Source: Dehalococcoidia bacterium (GTDB lineage: Bacteria > Chloroflexota > Dehalococcoidia > Dehalococcoidales > SURF-40). Taken from it: 54,464 nucleotides of DNA. A model generated the notes under the pieces. The model searched no databases, was not told the origin of the DNA, and saw only the letters and a list, made by a program, of their open reading frames with translations. Shown one piece after another: positions 36,751 through 45,007 of this stretch. The stretch lies in the NCBI GenBank assembly GCA_003599745.1, contig QZJL01000058.1, forward strand, positions 1-54,464. The letters run 5' to 3'. Numbering within the stretch: the first letter of the stretch is position 1; each line of letters begins with the position of its first letter. Position numbers and translations under genes: made by a program.

Positions 36751-36801
36751 TTAAATATGCTCTCCGCCAGCATGACTCAAAAGGCCTCGATAAGTATATT
36801 A

Positions 36802-36838
36802 TAAAAAGCGGGGAGTACTTATAACAAGTACCCCCCGC
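36802..36838 (-). terminator. intrinsic terminator or attenuator ~50 nt upstream of the PRTase start
   Basis: On the minus-strand RNA: GCGGGGGGUACUU-GUUAU-AAGUACUCCCCGC followed by UUUUUAU. Confidence 0.7.
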
Positions 36839-37040
36839 CGGGTTATCTTCCTCGGTCTTCAGCCCAAATCACGGTAATTACTACCGCACGGGGTTTTGCC
36901 CCTTACACTATGCGAACTGAGATCGAGTTCCGCTTGCCCCACGTTGCCGTGGGGCGCCAACTGTCAACCTGCCATACTCGGTAAAGTACTTGAAGCTTCA
37001 TAGCGCACCTCCCGATTAATCAGGGCACCATGGCTCCCTA
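36839..37040 (-). promoter_or_regulatory. riboswitch-like structured 5' leader (class unassigned; some cobalamin-riboswitch-like motifs)
   Basis: Hairpins at 36937..36954 (GCAA loop), 36914..36930, 36890..36902 and 36872..36886. GGGCUGAAGACCGAGG at 36865..36850 resembles a B12 box, and GGUAGGGAGCC..GGUG lies near the 5' end. A possible antiterminator segment AAGUACU lies at 36991..36985. Confidence 0.35.
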
Positions 37041-37046
37041 CCAGAG

Positions 37047-37075
37047 ATTTAACAATATTCACCGGTTCCTGTCAA
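37047..37075 (-). promoter_or_regulatory. near-consensus sigma-70 promoter (minus strand)
   Basis: TTGACA (37075..37070), a 17-nt spacer, then TTAAAT (37052..37047). Confidence 0.45.
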
Positions 37076-37192
37076 GTGCTGAAGTATTAGCAGGTTTCTC
37101 CGGTAAAGAGCGTGGGGGCCGGCGGCATTATCACCCTTATTTACCGCTGTGCCGCTACCAGTGCTTCCCAGCCGTTCTGCGCAAGTCTTGCC

Positions 37193-37232
37193 AAAGAAAA
37201 AGGCCGGACAACCCGAGTTCGAGCTACCGGCC
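37193..37232 (-). terminator. intrinsic terminator after the DUF5679 gene
   Basis: On the minus-strand RNA: GGCCGG-UAGCUCG-AACU-CGGGUUG-U-CCGGCC followed by UUUUUCUUU. An A-run on the other side also makes it usable bidirectionally. Confidence 0.6.
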
Positions 37233-37254
37233 TTTTTTATTTCAAGCAGTAAGG

Positions 37255-37395
37255 TTATTTGCTGCCGATTCGGAACATCTTGGTGCCGCAGACGGGGCAA
37301 ACACCCTGGGTCGCCGGCTTGCCATTTTTCATGGTAATCGCCTTGGCGTTCTTGATTTCCCGCTTGGTGCGGCATTTCACGCAGTAAGCTTGCAT
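37255..37395 (-). CDS. DUF5679-like zinc-ribbon mini-protein (46 aa; not in ORF track)
   Basis: GGAGGTGAAA RBS then ATG. Translation is MQAYCVKCRTKREIKNAKAITMKNGKPATQGVCPVCGTKMFRIGSK, followed by TAA. Confidence 0.75.
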   Translation of the reverse strand: MQAYCVKCRTKREIKNAKAITMKNGKPATQGVCPVCGTKMFRIGSK

Positions 37396-37507
37396 TTTCA
37401 CCTCCTTCCTTTCGTTTTCAGCACCGTTTGAGATTGAAACATGATGTTGGCCTCAAATGTAGCCCATCTCACCGGGTATTGTCAAGAGGGACGAGCGCAA
37501 ATCCGGG

Positions 37508-37831
37508 CTAAGTAAGCCATTTCTCTACCAGGTTACCGACCAGGGGCAGGCGGTACTGGAGGCCGAAGTAGGCGGCCGCCATCAACCAGACCCAGCAAAG
37601 CGCCCCCAAGAAGAGTAGGATGCCAAAGAAATAGCCGGTGTCGGTCAGCAGGCCGACCGCCAACAAAATTACGGTGAGTACGCCGAAGACCACGATTGAC
37701 TGCAGCGCCTGGAAACGGACGAAACGGTTCTTCGGCTCGATAACGAGGAAGATAAGCCCGGTTATCCAGCCTAGGAGATAGCACAAAAAGCCAGCTACGT
37801 TCTCTTTAAGACGTACCGAAGTCTCGCCCAT
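37508..37831 (-). CDS. DUF4870-like small membrane protein
   Basis: I trimmed the track ORF to the ATG at 37831. Contains ENVAGFLCYLLGWITGLIFLVIEPKNRFVRFQALQS. Confidence 0.65.
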   Translation of the reverse strand: MGETSVRLKENVAGFLCYLLGWITGLIFLVIEPKNRFVRFQALQSIVVFGVLTVILLAVGLLTDTGYFFGILLFLGALCWVWLMAAAYFGLQYRLPLVGNLVEKWLT

Positions 37832-38037
37832 TACACTATCCCCCACCGTGTTTTGAATGTGTATAAGCCTATACCAGAACGGAAAAGATGTCAATAGCGA
37901 AGTTTGGCTTAAGCGATATCGGTATGCTAAGCTATTATTATGTACCACGACGCTATCCAGCAAGTCAGGCTGCCGGTGCTCTTCTCAAAGTATTTCGGCG
38001 CTATCCGCGATTTTGTTACCAGACTGGAGGCCCGGCG

Positions 38038-38613
38038 ATGAGGCGTTACCCCTATCAGGGACCGGGGTTGAACCCACTCTGGGCAATAATGGGCATCAAC
38101 CTGCTGGTTTTCATCTTCGTCCTGATTAACTGGCGGGCAACCTTCGACCTGCTCGGGCTGATGCCCGCCCTCGTCGCTCAGGAACCATGGACGGTCATTA
38201 CCAGCATGTTCGTCCACGCCGATTTCTGGCACATCTTTGCAAATATGCTCACTTTGTACTTCTTCGGCTCGTTCCTGCTGGGGTTGGTCGGCGAAAGGAA
38301 ATTCTTGCTGGTGTATTTTGGCGGCGGTATTCTGGGGAGCATCGCCTTTATCCTGCTGGGCCCGCCGCTCGCCACCGTGGTCGGCGCTTCCGGGGCGGTA
38401 TTCGCCGTGGGCGGGGCACTGGCGGTATTGGCCCCCAATACCAGGGTGTTTTTATTTTTCTTTCTGCCGCTGCCCCTGTGGGTCGCCGTACTGCTCGGGT
38501 TTCTCATTATCAGCCCGGGAATCGCCTGGCAGGCGCACCTCGGGGGGCTGGTTTTCGGGCTTATCGCCGGCTACATTTTCCGCCGGCAGCAGTTCCGCCG
38601 CGTGCGCTGGTAA
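38038..38613 (+). CDS. rhomboid family intramembrane serine protease
   Basis: I trimmed the track ORF to the ATG at 38038. Contains FVHADFWHIFANM (H..H..N), GASGAVFAV (the GxSG serine) and a later AHLGG His. Confidence 0.88.
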   Translation: MRRYPYQGPGLNPLWAIMGINLLVFIFVLINWRATFDLLGLMPALVAQEPWTVITSMFVHADFWHIFANMLTLYFFGSFLLGLVGERKFLLVYFGGGILGSIAFILLGPPLATVVGASGAVFAVGGALAVLAPNTRVFLFFFLPLPLWVAVLLGFLIISPGIAWQAHLGGLVFGLIAGYIFRRQQFRRVRW

Positions 38614-38759
38614 GGCAAAGCCCCAATAGAAAAAGCCGGATAACAACAAGCCGTGACTGGCTAACGGGGCGTCTAAGAGGGGTGCAGACCCTCTTATTAA
38701 ATTCATTCCCCTTCTCTTAAATTCGCAGGAGAAGGGGTTTAGGGGATGAGGTTACAGGT

Positions 38760-39332
38760 CTAGCCCGTACCAGCTGCCAGTCGCCTGCCCAGCTCGAAAG
38801 CCTCTTTGAGAGCCGCCGGGTGCTCTTTGATTTCCGCCTTCTGGTCAACTCCCCGTATCAGCAGCTCATCCGCGTAATCAACACCGATGGCGCTGAGAAA
38901 ATACTTCACCACCAGCACCGAGCCTTCAAACAGCTTTGCGCCCCTGGTCGCTCCTACCCCGATGAACGCCCCCTTGCGCCCCGGCGCTCCCAGCGGCTGT
39001 TTCAGAATGTGCTTGCGCGCCCAGGTCGCCTGGCAGCGGTCAATGAGGCATTTCAACTGACCGGGCAGACCGTAGAAAAAGATGGGCGAGGCGACGATTA
39101 CCGCGTCAGCCGCAAGTAGCTTCGGATAAATGCCGTCCATGTCGTCGCGGATGACGCAGTTGCCGTCTTTGAAACAGCCGTAGTATTCCTTGCAGGGGGT
39201 GATGTGCAGCCTGTCAACCACCAGCTTTTCGACTTTCGCGCCGCCGCCTGCCGCGCCCTTGAGTGCCTCATCGAGCAGGAGGTCGGTGTTACCCCCGATT
39301 CGCGGGCTGCCCATGATGCCGAGCACTTTCAC
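38760..39332 (-). CDS. flavodoxin-like FMN reductase / iron-sulfur flavoprotein family
   Basis: Starts MKVLGIMGSPRIGGNTDLL and contains ..ASPIFFYGLPGQLK. Confidence 0.85.
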   Translation of the reverse strand: MKVLGIMGSPRIGGNTDLLLDEALKGAAGGGAKVEKLVVDRLHITPCKEYYGCFKDGNCVIRDDMDGIYPKLLAADAVIVASPIFFYGLPGQLKCLIDRCQATWARKHILKQPLGAPGRKGAFIGVGATRGAKLFEGSVLVVKYFLSAIGVDYADELLIRGVDQKAEIKEHPAALKEAFELGRRLAAGTG

Positions 39333-39429
39333 CGGACACCTCTCTTAATGGCTAAGACGATAATATCACAAAACCCGGCATATGCGCTCGACTTGTGTTG
39401 ACGCTCCAACAGGCCTATGCTAATATGGA

Positions 39430-40377
39430 ATGTTAAACAAGATAATGACCACTGAACGAGAACTGTCCCTGGTAAAACCCGAAAAAGACACGCTGCTGAC
39501 CGTCGGCATTTTCGACGGGGTGCACCGGGGACACCAGCATCTGCTCGCCGAGCTGGTAAAAGAGGCCGGCAAGAAAAGACTGTTAAGCGGGGTGGTCACC
39601 TTCCGCCAGCACCCCCAGGCGGTGCTCATGCCCGGTAGTAAGCTGTCGTTTCTCACCAACCTCGGGGAACGTGAACGGCTCTTAAAAGATGCCGGGGTCG
39701 GCTTTGTTGTCGCATTATCCTTTACCCGGGAGCTTGCCCGGCTCGGCCCCGAGCGGTTTGTGGATTGGCTGAGAACATATCTCCGGATGCGCGGCCTGGT
39801 CATCGGCTATGACTTCGCCCTGGGCAGCGGGCGGGCGGGCGACACCGAAAGCCTGCAAAGGCTGGGGCAGGTAATGGGATTCAGCGTCAGGGTGGTTGCC
39901 CCGGTGACGGTCGGCGATGAGGTGGTAAGCTCCACCGCCATCCGCGAGGCGCTCGAGCGGGGTGACATGGCAAAGGTTAGCCGCCTGCTTGGCCGCCCCT
40001 TCAAGCTCAGCGGCAGGGTCGTAACCGGCGCCAGCCGTGGCAAAGGGCTTGGCTACCCCACCGCCAACCTCGGGGTTGACCCCTGCCAGGCTTTGCCCGC
40101 CGATGGGGTCTATGTGAGCCTGGTGCATATCGGCAACCAGAGTTACCCGGCAATGACCTACATCGGGCGTAGACCCACCTTCGGGGAAAAACAGGAAGCC
40201 GTCGAGAATTACCTTCTGGACTGGAGCGGCGACCTCTACGACCGGGAAATCACTATCGAAATAAAACACTACCTGCGTGGCGACCGCAAGTTCGAGTCGG
40301 CGGAAGAATTGAGCAGGCAGATTGCCGCCGACGTGGCCGAGGGACGCAGACTGCTCACAAAGACGGGAAAGAATTGA
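39430..40377 (+). CDS. ribF: bifunctional riboflavin kinase / FAD synthetase
   Basis: Contains VGIFDGVHRGHQHLL and the C-terminal kinase motifs GYPTANL and ..LRGDRKFES.EEL. The start could alternatively be the ATG at 39445. Confidence 0.92.
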   Translation: MLNKIMTTERELSLVKPEKDTLLTVGIFDGVHRGHQHLLAELVKEAGKKRLLSGVVTFRQHPQAVLMPGSKLSFLTNLGERERLLKDAGVGFVVALSFTRELARLGPERFVDWLRTYLRMRGLVIGYDFALGSGRAGDTESLQRLGQVMGFSVRVVAPVTVGDEVVSSTAIREALERGDMAKVSRLLGRPFKLSGRVVTGASRGKGLGYPTANLGVDPCQALPADGVYVSLVHIGNQSYPAMTYIGRRPTFGEKQEAVENYLLDWSGDLYDREITIEIKHYLRGDRKFESAEELSRQIAADVAEGRRLLTKTGKN

Positions 40378-41669
40378 TGGCTGACTTCGAGTATATCTTA
40401 AAGCGGGGTGTGGCCGAAATCATCATCGCCGATGAGCTAAAGACGCTGCTCACGTCAGGCCGCAAGCTCCGCCTGAAAGAGGGCTTTGACCCCAGCTTCC
40501 CTGATATTCACCTGGGGCATATGGTGGGACTGCGCAAGCTGCGCCAGTTCCAGGAGTTAGGACACCAGGTAGTGCTCATTGTGGGGGACTGGACCGCCCA
40601 GATTGGCGACCCCAGCGGGGCTTCGGTCACCCGGCCGATGCTCACCGCCGAAAGGGTCAGAGAAAACGCCGAGACCTACATGAAGCAGTTTTTCAAGGTG
40701 GTTAGTCGCGAGAAGACCGAGGTCAGGTGGCAGAGCGAGTGGTTCGGCAAGTTCGACCTGGGCGATGTTATCCGGCTCGCCTCGAAGTTCACCGTGGCGC
40801 AGGTGCTCGCCCGCGATGATTTTAATGAAAGATTCCGCGCCGGCAAGCCCATCACCATTACCGAGACCCTCTACCCGATGCTCCAGGCCTACGACTCGGT
40901 GATGGTCGAGGCCGACGTCGAGTTCGGCGGCACCGACCAGAAGTTCAACCTGCTGATGGGACGGGAACTCCAGGGCATGGTCGGCCAGAAACCCCAGCAG
41001 GTATTGATGACGCCGCTTTTGGTGGGCACCGACGGCCAGCGTAAGATGAGCAAGAGCCTGGGCAACTACATCGGGGTTAGTGAGCCGTCCCGCGAGATGT
41101 ACGGCAAGCTGATGAGTGTACCCGATGACCTGATGTTTTCTTATTTCGAGCTTTTGACTGACGTGCCTGATAAAGAGCTTGGCGAAATGAAGGCGGCTAT
41201 GGCAAGCGGCGCGACAAACCCGATGAGCCTGAAAAAACGGCTGGCGCGGGAAATTATCGGCCAGCTTCACAGCGAGAGCGCCGCCAGCGAAGCCGAGGAT
41301 TATTTCGAGCGCACCGTCCAGAAAAAGGAAGTGCCGGAAGATATCCAAGAAGTTAAGATAAATAACGGGTTACTGCAAAAAATCAAGGCCCGTTTACATG
41401 GCGAAAGAAAACCTGTAGTTAGCATTACGGAAGTTGGCAATCCCGAGACCGAGGAATGGGGGGTATCGGTTCCCCTTCTATTATGCGAAATAGGACTTTC
41501 CAAAAGTCGCAGCGATGCCAGACGCCTTGTAGAACAGGGGTCTGTTCGTGTCGATGGCAAAACGGTTGATCCGAGTGAAGAAGAACATTGGCATATTAAA
41601 ATAGGCAGCATCATAAAAGTAGGCAAGCGGCGTTTCGTGAAACTGGTTGGTCCTGATATAAAGTCGTAA
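40374..41669 (+). CDS. tyrS: tyrosine--tRNA ligase
   Basis: HIGH-type PDIHLGH, KMSKSLGN, and a C-terminal S4 domain (SRSDARRLVEQGSVRVDG). ATGA overlap with ribF. Confidence 0.93.
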   Translation: MMADFEYILKRGVAEIIIADELKTLLTSGRKLRLKEGFDPSFPDIHLGHMVGLRKLRQFQELGHQVVLIVGDWTAQIGDPSGASVTRPMLTAERVRENAETYMKQFFKVVSREKTEVRWQSEWFGKFDLGDVIRLASKFTVAQVLARDDFNERFRAGKPITITETLYPMLQAYDSVMVEADVEFGGTDQKFNLLMGRELQGMVGQKPQQVLMTPLLVGTDGQRKMSKSLGNYIGVSEPSREMYGKLMSVPDDLMFSYFELLTDVPDKELGEMKAAMASGATNPMSLKKRLAREIIGQLHSESAASEAEDYFERTVQKKEVPEDIQEVKINNGLLQKIKARLHGERKPVVSITEVGNPETEEWGVSVPLLLCEIGLSKSRSDARRLVEQGSVRVDGKTVDPSEEEHWHIKIGSIIKVGKRRFVKLVGPDIKS

Positions 41670-41713
41670 GTACTAAACGGACTGAGCCAAAGCTGGCTCC
41701 AGGAGGGGCTGAA

Positions 41714-43288
41714 ATGAAAGTCCTTGTTACCGACAGCATTTCCAGTGAAGGCATTGACATCCTGCGCCAGGCCGCCGAGGTTGACGTCAAGCTGGGCATC
41801 AAGACCGATGAGCTGATTAACATCATCGGCGACTACCAGGGGCTGGTGGTGCGCAGCCAGACGCAGGTCACCGCGCCGGTCATCGCCGCCGGCAAAAATT
41901 TGATTGTCATCGGTCGCGCCGGCGCCGGCGTGGATAACATTGACGTGGAAGCCGCCACCAAGCACGGCATCCTGGTGGTGAACGCCCCCGGCGGCAACAC
42001 CATCTCCGCCGCTGAGCACACCATTGCCCTGATGCTGGCGCTGGCACGTCATATCCCGCAGGCCAGCGCCTCGCTCAAAGGGGGCAAGTGGCGGCGTAAC
42101 GACTTTATGGGCATCGAAGTGCGGGACAAGACGCTGGGTATCATCGGCCTGGGACGCATCGGCACCGAGGTCGCCAAGCGCGCCCAAGGGCTGCAGATGA
42201 AAGTCCTTGCCCACGACCCCTTCATCGCCAGTGACCGTGCCAAGAGCCTTCAGGTGGAGCTGGTGGCGCTTGAAGAAATCTTCCAAAAGGCTGACTTTAT
42301 CACCCTGCACGTGCCTATGACCGCCGAGACCAAAGAAATCATCGGCGAAAAAGAACTGGCGCTGGTAAAGCCGGGCGTGCGCATCATCAACTGCGCCCGC
42401 GGCGGCCTCATCAATGACGACGCGCTGGCAGCGGCGCTCAGGGAAAAACGGGTGGCGGGCGCCGCCATTGACGTCTTCGCCACCGAGCCGACCACCGAGA
42501 GCATCTTCTTCGGTATGGACAACGTTATCGTCACCCCACACCTTGGGGCATCCACCACCGAAGCCCAGGCGACCTCGGCCACCGACGTCGCCGTCCAGAT
42601 GGTCGCCATCTTTAAAGGGCAGCCGGCCACCTATGCCGTCAACGCCCCGCTCATCCCGCCGGAGACCGCCTCGCTGCTGGCGCCGTTCGTCCCACTCTGC
42701 ACCACCCTGGGGCGGCTGGTAAGGCAGCTCGCCGACGGCCAGATGAACGCCATCAAGATACAGTACCAGGGCGAAATCTCCGGCCACGACACCAACGCCT
42801 TAAAAGCCGCCATTTTAGGCGGCCTGCTCGAAGGCATCAGCGAGGAAAGGGTCAACCTGGTCAACGCCAACATGATTGCCAGCCAGCGCGGTCTCTCGGT
42901 GGTGGAGCAGAAAGAGGCGGGCTGCGTCAACTACGCCAGCCTCATCACGGTGGAGGTCACCACCAGCAAGGGGCAGACGGCGGCCGCCGGGACGGTGCTG
43001 CGCGACGAGGCCCACCTCGTGCGTGTGGGCGGTTACTGGCTGGACATCGTGCCCGCGCCGGGCTATTTCCTGTTTGCCGAGCACCGCGACCGGCCCGGCC
43101 TCATCGGGGCGGTGGGCAAAATCACCGGCGACGCCGACATCAACATCAGCGCCATGCAGACCGGGCGGCTAAAGCCCAGAGGCGAGGCGATGATGATGCT
43201 GGCGCTGGACGAGCCGCTCACCGAGGCGCACCTGAAGAAGATTAAGGCGCTCGGCGACGTCTATTCCGCCAAAATAGTGAAGCTATAA
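41714..43288 (+). CDS. serA: D-3-phosphoglycerate dehydrogenase (long form with ASB and ACT domains)
   Basis: Contains GIIGLGRIGTEVAKRA (NAD site), ..CARGG.., ..TPHLGAST.., and a C-terminal ACT domain. Confidence 0.95.
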   Translation: MKVLVTDSISSEGIDILRQAAEVDVKLGIKTDELINIIGDYQGLVVRSQTQVTAPVIAAGKNLIVIGRAGAGVDNIDVEAATKHGILVVNAPGGNTISAAEHTIALMLALARHIPQASASLKGGKWRRNDFMGIEVRDKTLGIIGLGRIGTEVAKRAQGLQMKVLAHDPFIASDRAKSLQVELVALEEIFQKADFITLHVPMTAETKEIIGEKELALVKPGVRIINCARGGLINDDALAAALREKRVAGAAIDVFATEPTTESIFFGMDNVIVTPHLGASTTEAQATSATDVAVQMVAIFKGQPATYAVNAPLIPPETASLLAPFVPLCTTLGRLVRQLADGQMNAIKIQYQGEISGHDTNALKAAILGGLLEGISEERVNLVNANMIASQRGLSVVEQKEAGCVNYASLITVEVTTSKGQTAAAGTVLRDEAHLVRVGGYWLDIVPAPGYFLFAEHRDRPGLIGAVGKITGDADINISAMQTGRLKPRGEAMMMLALDEPLTEAHLKKIKALGDVYSAKIVKL

Positions 43289-43393
43289 AAGACTTTTTCT
43301 CTTTGAAATTCGGGGGCTGATTTTGCTTTGAGTCGGCCCCCGGAAAAACTCATTGACAAAGTTCCACTTCCGAATTACTCTTTAGACAAGCGC

Positions 43394-43834
43394 ATGGAAA
43401 TCAGAGAAATAGCAGAAGCCGGGCTTGGCGAACTTCTCGCTCTCTACGGGCATTTGCACGCTGCTGACGACCCGCTACCGGAAAAGGCCAGAGTCGAAGC
43501 CCTCTGGCGGGAAATACAGGCCAACCCGAACATAAAATACTTCGGCGCTTATGACGACGGCAAGCTCGTTTCATCCTGCGCCATCGCCATCATCCCCAAT
43601 TTGACGCGCGGACTGCGTCCCTACGCAGTCATCGAAAACGTCGTTACCCATCGCGATTTCAGGCGAAAAGGCTACGGCAGGGCTGTTTTAAAGCACGCAC
43701 TGGACTACGCCCGAAGCCGTAACTGCTATAAGGTCATGTTAATGACGGGCAGGAAGGACGAGGGAACATTCCACTTTTACGAGTCGGCGGGATTCGACCG
43801 CAACGCCAAGCAGGCGTTTGTGGTGAGATTCTAA
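43394..43834 (+). CDS. GNAT family N-acetyltransferase
   Basis: I prefer the ATG at 43394. Contains the acetyl-CoA motif VVTHRDFRRKGYGRAVL. Confidence 0.85.
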   Translation: MEIREIAEAGLGELLALYGHLHAADDPLPEKARVEALWREIQANPNIKYFGAYDDGKLVSSCAIAIIPNLTRGLRPYAVIENVVTHRDFRRKGYGRAVLKHALDYARSRNCYKVMLMTGRKDEGTFHFYESAGFDRNAKQAFVVRF

Positions 43835-43891
43835 GAACAGGTTAATCGTACCCCGATTGTCGTAAATAAACGAACTTTAAGATACCAACCT

Positions 43892-44809
43892 TTAATCTGC
43901 TTCCCGTCCTTTCAAAATATCTTTCAATCTTTCCAGTTCTTCATTACTATCAGAGTAGATTTCACGCTCGCAGTAAATCGCTTTTAGAGAATTCATCGCC
44001 TCCACTTCTCCCTTATTGAATTCTCTTATCTCGTATTCTTTTGTGGTTGGGGCAAAGATGACTTCTTTTCTAAACATATAAATCATATATTCTGGTGCTA
44101 TGGGAAAGTAGACTTCATATGGAAGGCTAAATTTTCTTAGCTCATATCTTTTGACAAGACTTTTGTGAAGATAAGGAGGAAAGTCACTTGTCACAAATTT
44201 TTTATCAGGAGGAGCCTTTGCTACAACCCACCTGTAATCTAGGAACATATCACGAGACGGGTCATTGTGGGGGTTATGAGGAGTGCCAATAGCACCTGTT
44301 AAAACGTCCCTGACTGTAAACATTGTCATCACTGATTCCCGAAACTCCTTCTCAGAAAAGCCATTCTCTTTTATGAGGTTACCACTTGCATCCATTATCT
44401 TATCGAACGATTCTTCCCCAATCCTGTTGCGCATAAACGTTTGAGGCACAGCATGCCTCATCATCTGTGACCCAATAAACTCGGCTAAACCCCAACGTGT
44501 TTCCTCATCAATTTCGTCTTTCGCACCGCCCAAATAAGCTATCATTGTTCGTAAACAACCAGCAAAACGGTTGTCTAACTCGCTTAAAGCTCTCTCAAAA
44601 AAATCTTTCCCAAATATTGTGCCTTTTAGCATCCCTACGTTAAACAAGTTGTTTCTGCCACCCACGTTTCTAGTCTTTTGTTTTCTTATCTCAAGCCGTC
44701 GCTTGTCAAGCACAAATATCTCATCATTCTCACTATTGTCCTTTCTATCTATAGCCCAATAGTTCAAATAAAACTGGGGAACCATATGTTGGTATTTACT
44801 TTCACTCAT
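43892..44809 (-). CDS. DUF4238 domain protein (AT-rich orphan)
   Basis: N-terminal HMVPQFYLNYW matches the DUF4238 H.VPQFYL signature. AT content is clearly higher than in neighbouring genes. Confidence 0.7.
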   Translation of the reverse strand: MSESKYQHMVPQFYLNYWAIDRKDNSENDEIFVLDKRRLEIRKQKTRNVGGRNNLFNVGMLKGTIFGKDFFERALSELDNRFAGCLRTMIAYLGGAKDEIDEETRWGLAEFIGSQMMRHAVPQTFMRNRIGEESFDKIMDASGNLIKENGFSEKEFRESVMTMFTVRDVLTGAIGTPHNPHNDPSRDMFLDYRWVVAKAPPDKKFVTSDFPPYLHKSLVKRYELRKFSLPYEVYFPIAPEYMIYMFRKEVIFAPTTKEYEIREFNKGEVEAMNSLKAIYCEREIYSDSNEELERLKDILKGREAD

Positions 44810-44908
44810 GGGATGATTTTAATAACAGTTATCCGTACAGTCAAATGATAACATCCTACATAAAAATAACTAGGGAGATAAAACAGCTAATGTAAATTAG
44901 CTTTCTTT

Positions 44909-44963
44909 TACCCCATCTTGTAGAAGACCAGCCCCGAGGGCAGCTTGGGGTAGAAACAGGCGG
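44909..44963. repeat. 55-bp direct repeat, copy 1
   Basis: TACCCCATCTTGTAGAAGACCAGCCCCGAGGGCAGCTTGGGGTAGAAACAGGCGG has 4 mismatches to 48421..48475 by manual alignment. Confidence 0.85.
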
Positions 44964-45007
44964 CAAAGAATCCTTGCCGGGGTTTGGCGGGTATCCACTC
45001 AACCTTT
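44909..45007 (-). pseudogene. remnant of a DUF1015-gene 3' end
   Basis: The reverse strand reads ..KVEWIPAKPRQGFFAACFYPKLPSGLVFYKMG*, compared with the intact gene end ..RMPRKATYFYPKLPSGLVFYKMG* at 48420. There is no upstream ORF body. Confidence 0.6.

Noticed and set aside
36800-37195. Possibility that the structured region is RNase P RNA, tmRNA, SRP RNA or a tRNA
   Set aside because: Strings vaguely like RNase P CR-II and CR-V (GGUAAAUAAGGGUGAUAAUG, GCAGAACGGCU) and CR-I (GAGGAAGAUAACCCGGC) occur in the wrong 5'-3' order, and the invariant GAGGAAAGUCC is absent. The GAGTTCGAGC string at 37215 has no T-stem or acceptor context and is better explained as a terminator stem. No SRP domain IV motif is present.
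41300-42787. 495-aa ORF on the minus strand
   Set aside because: It is antisense to the tyrS 3' end and most of serA. The product is low-complexity and Gly/Asp/Arg-rich. It is a high-GC artefact.
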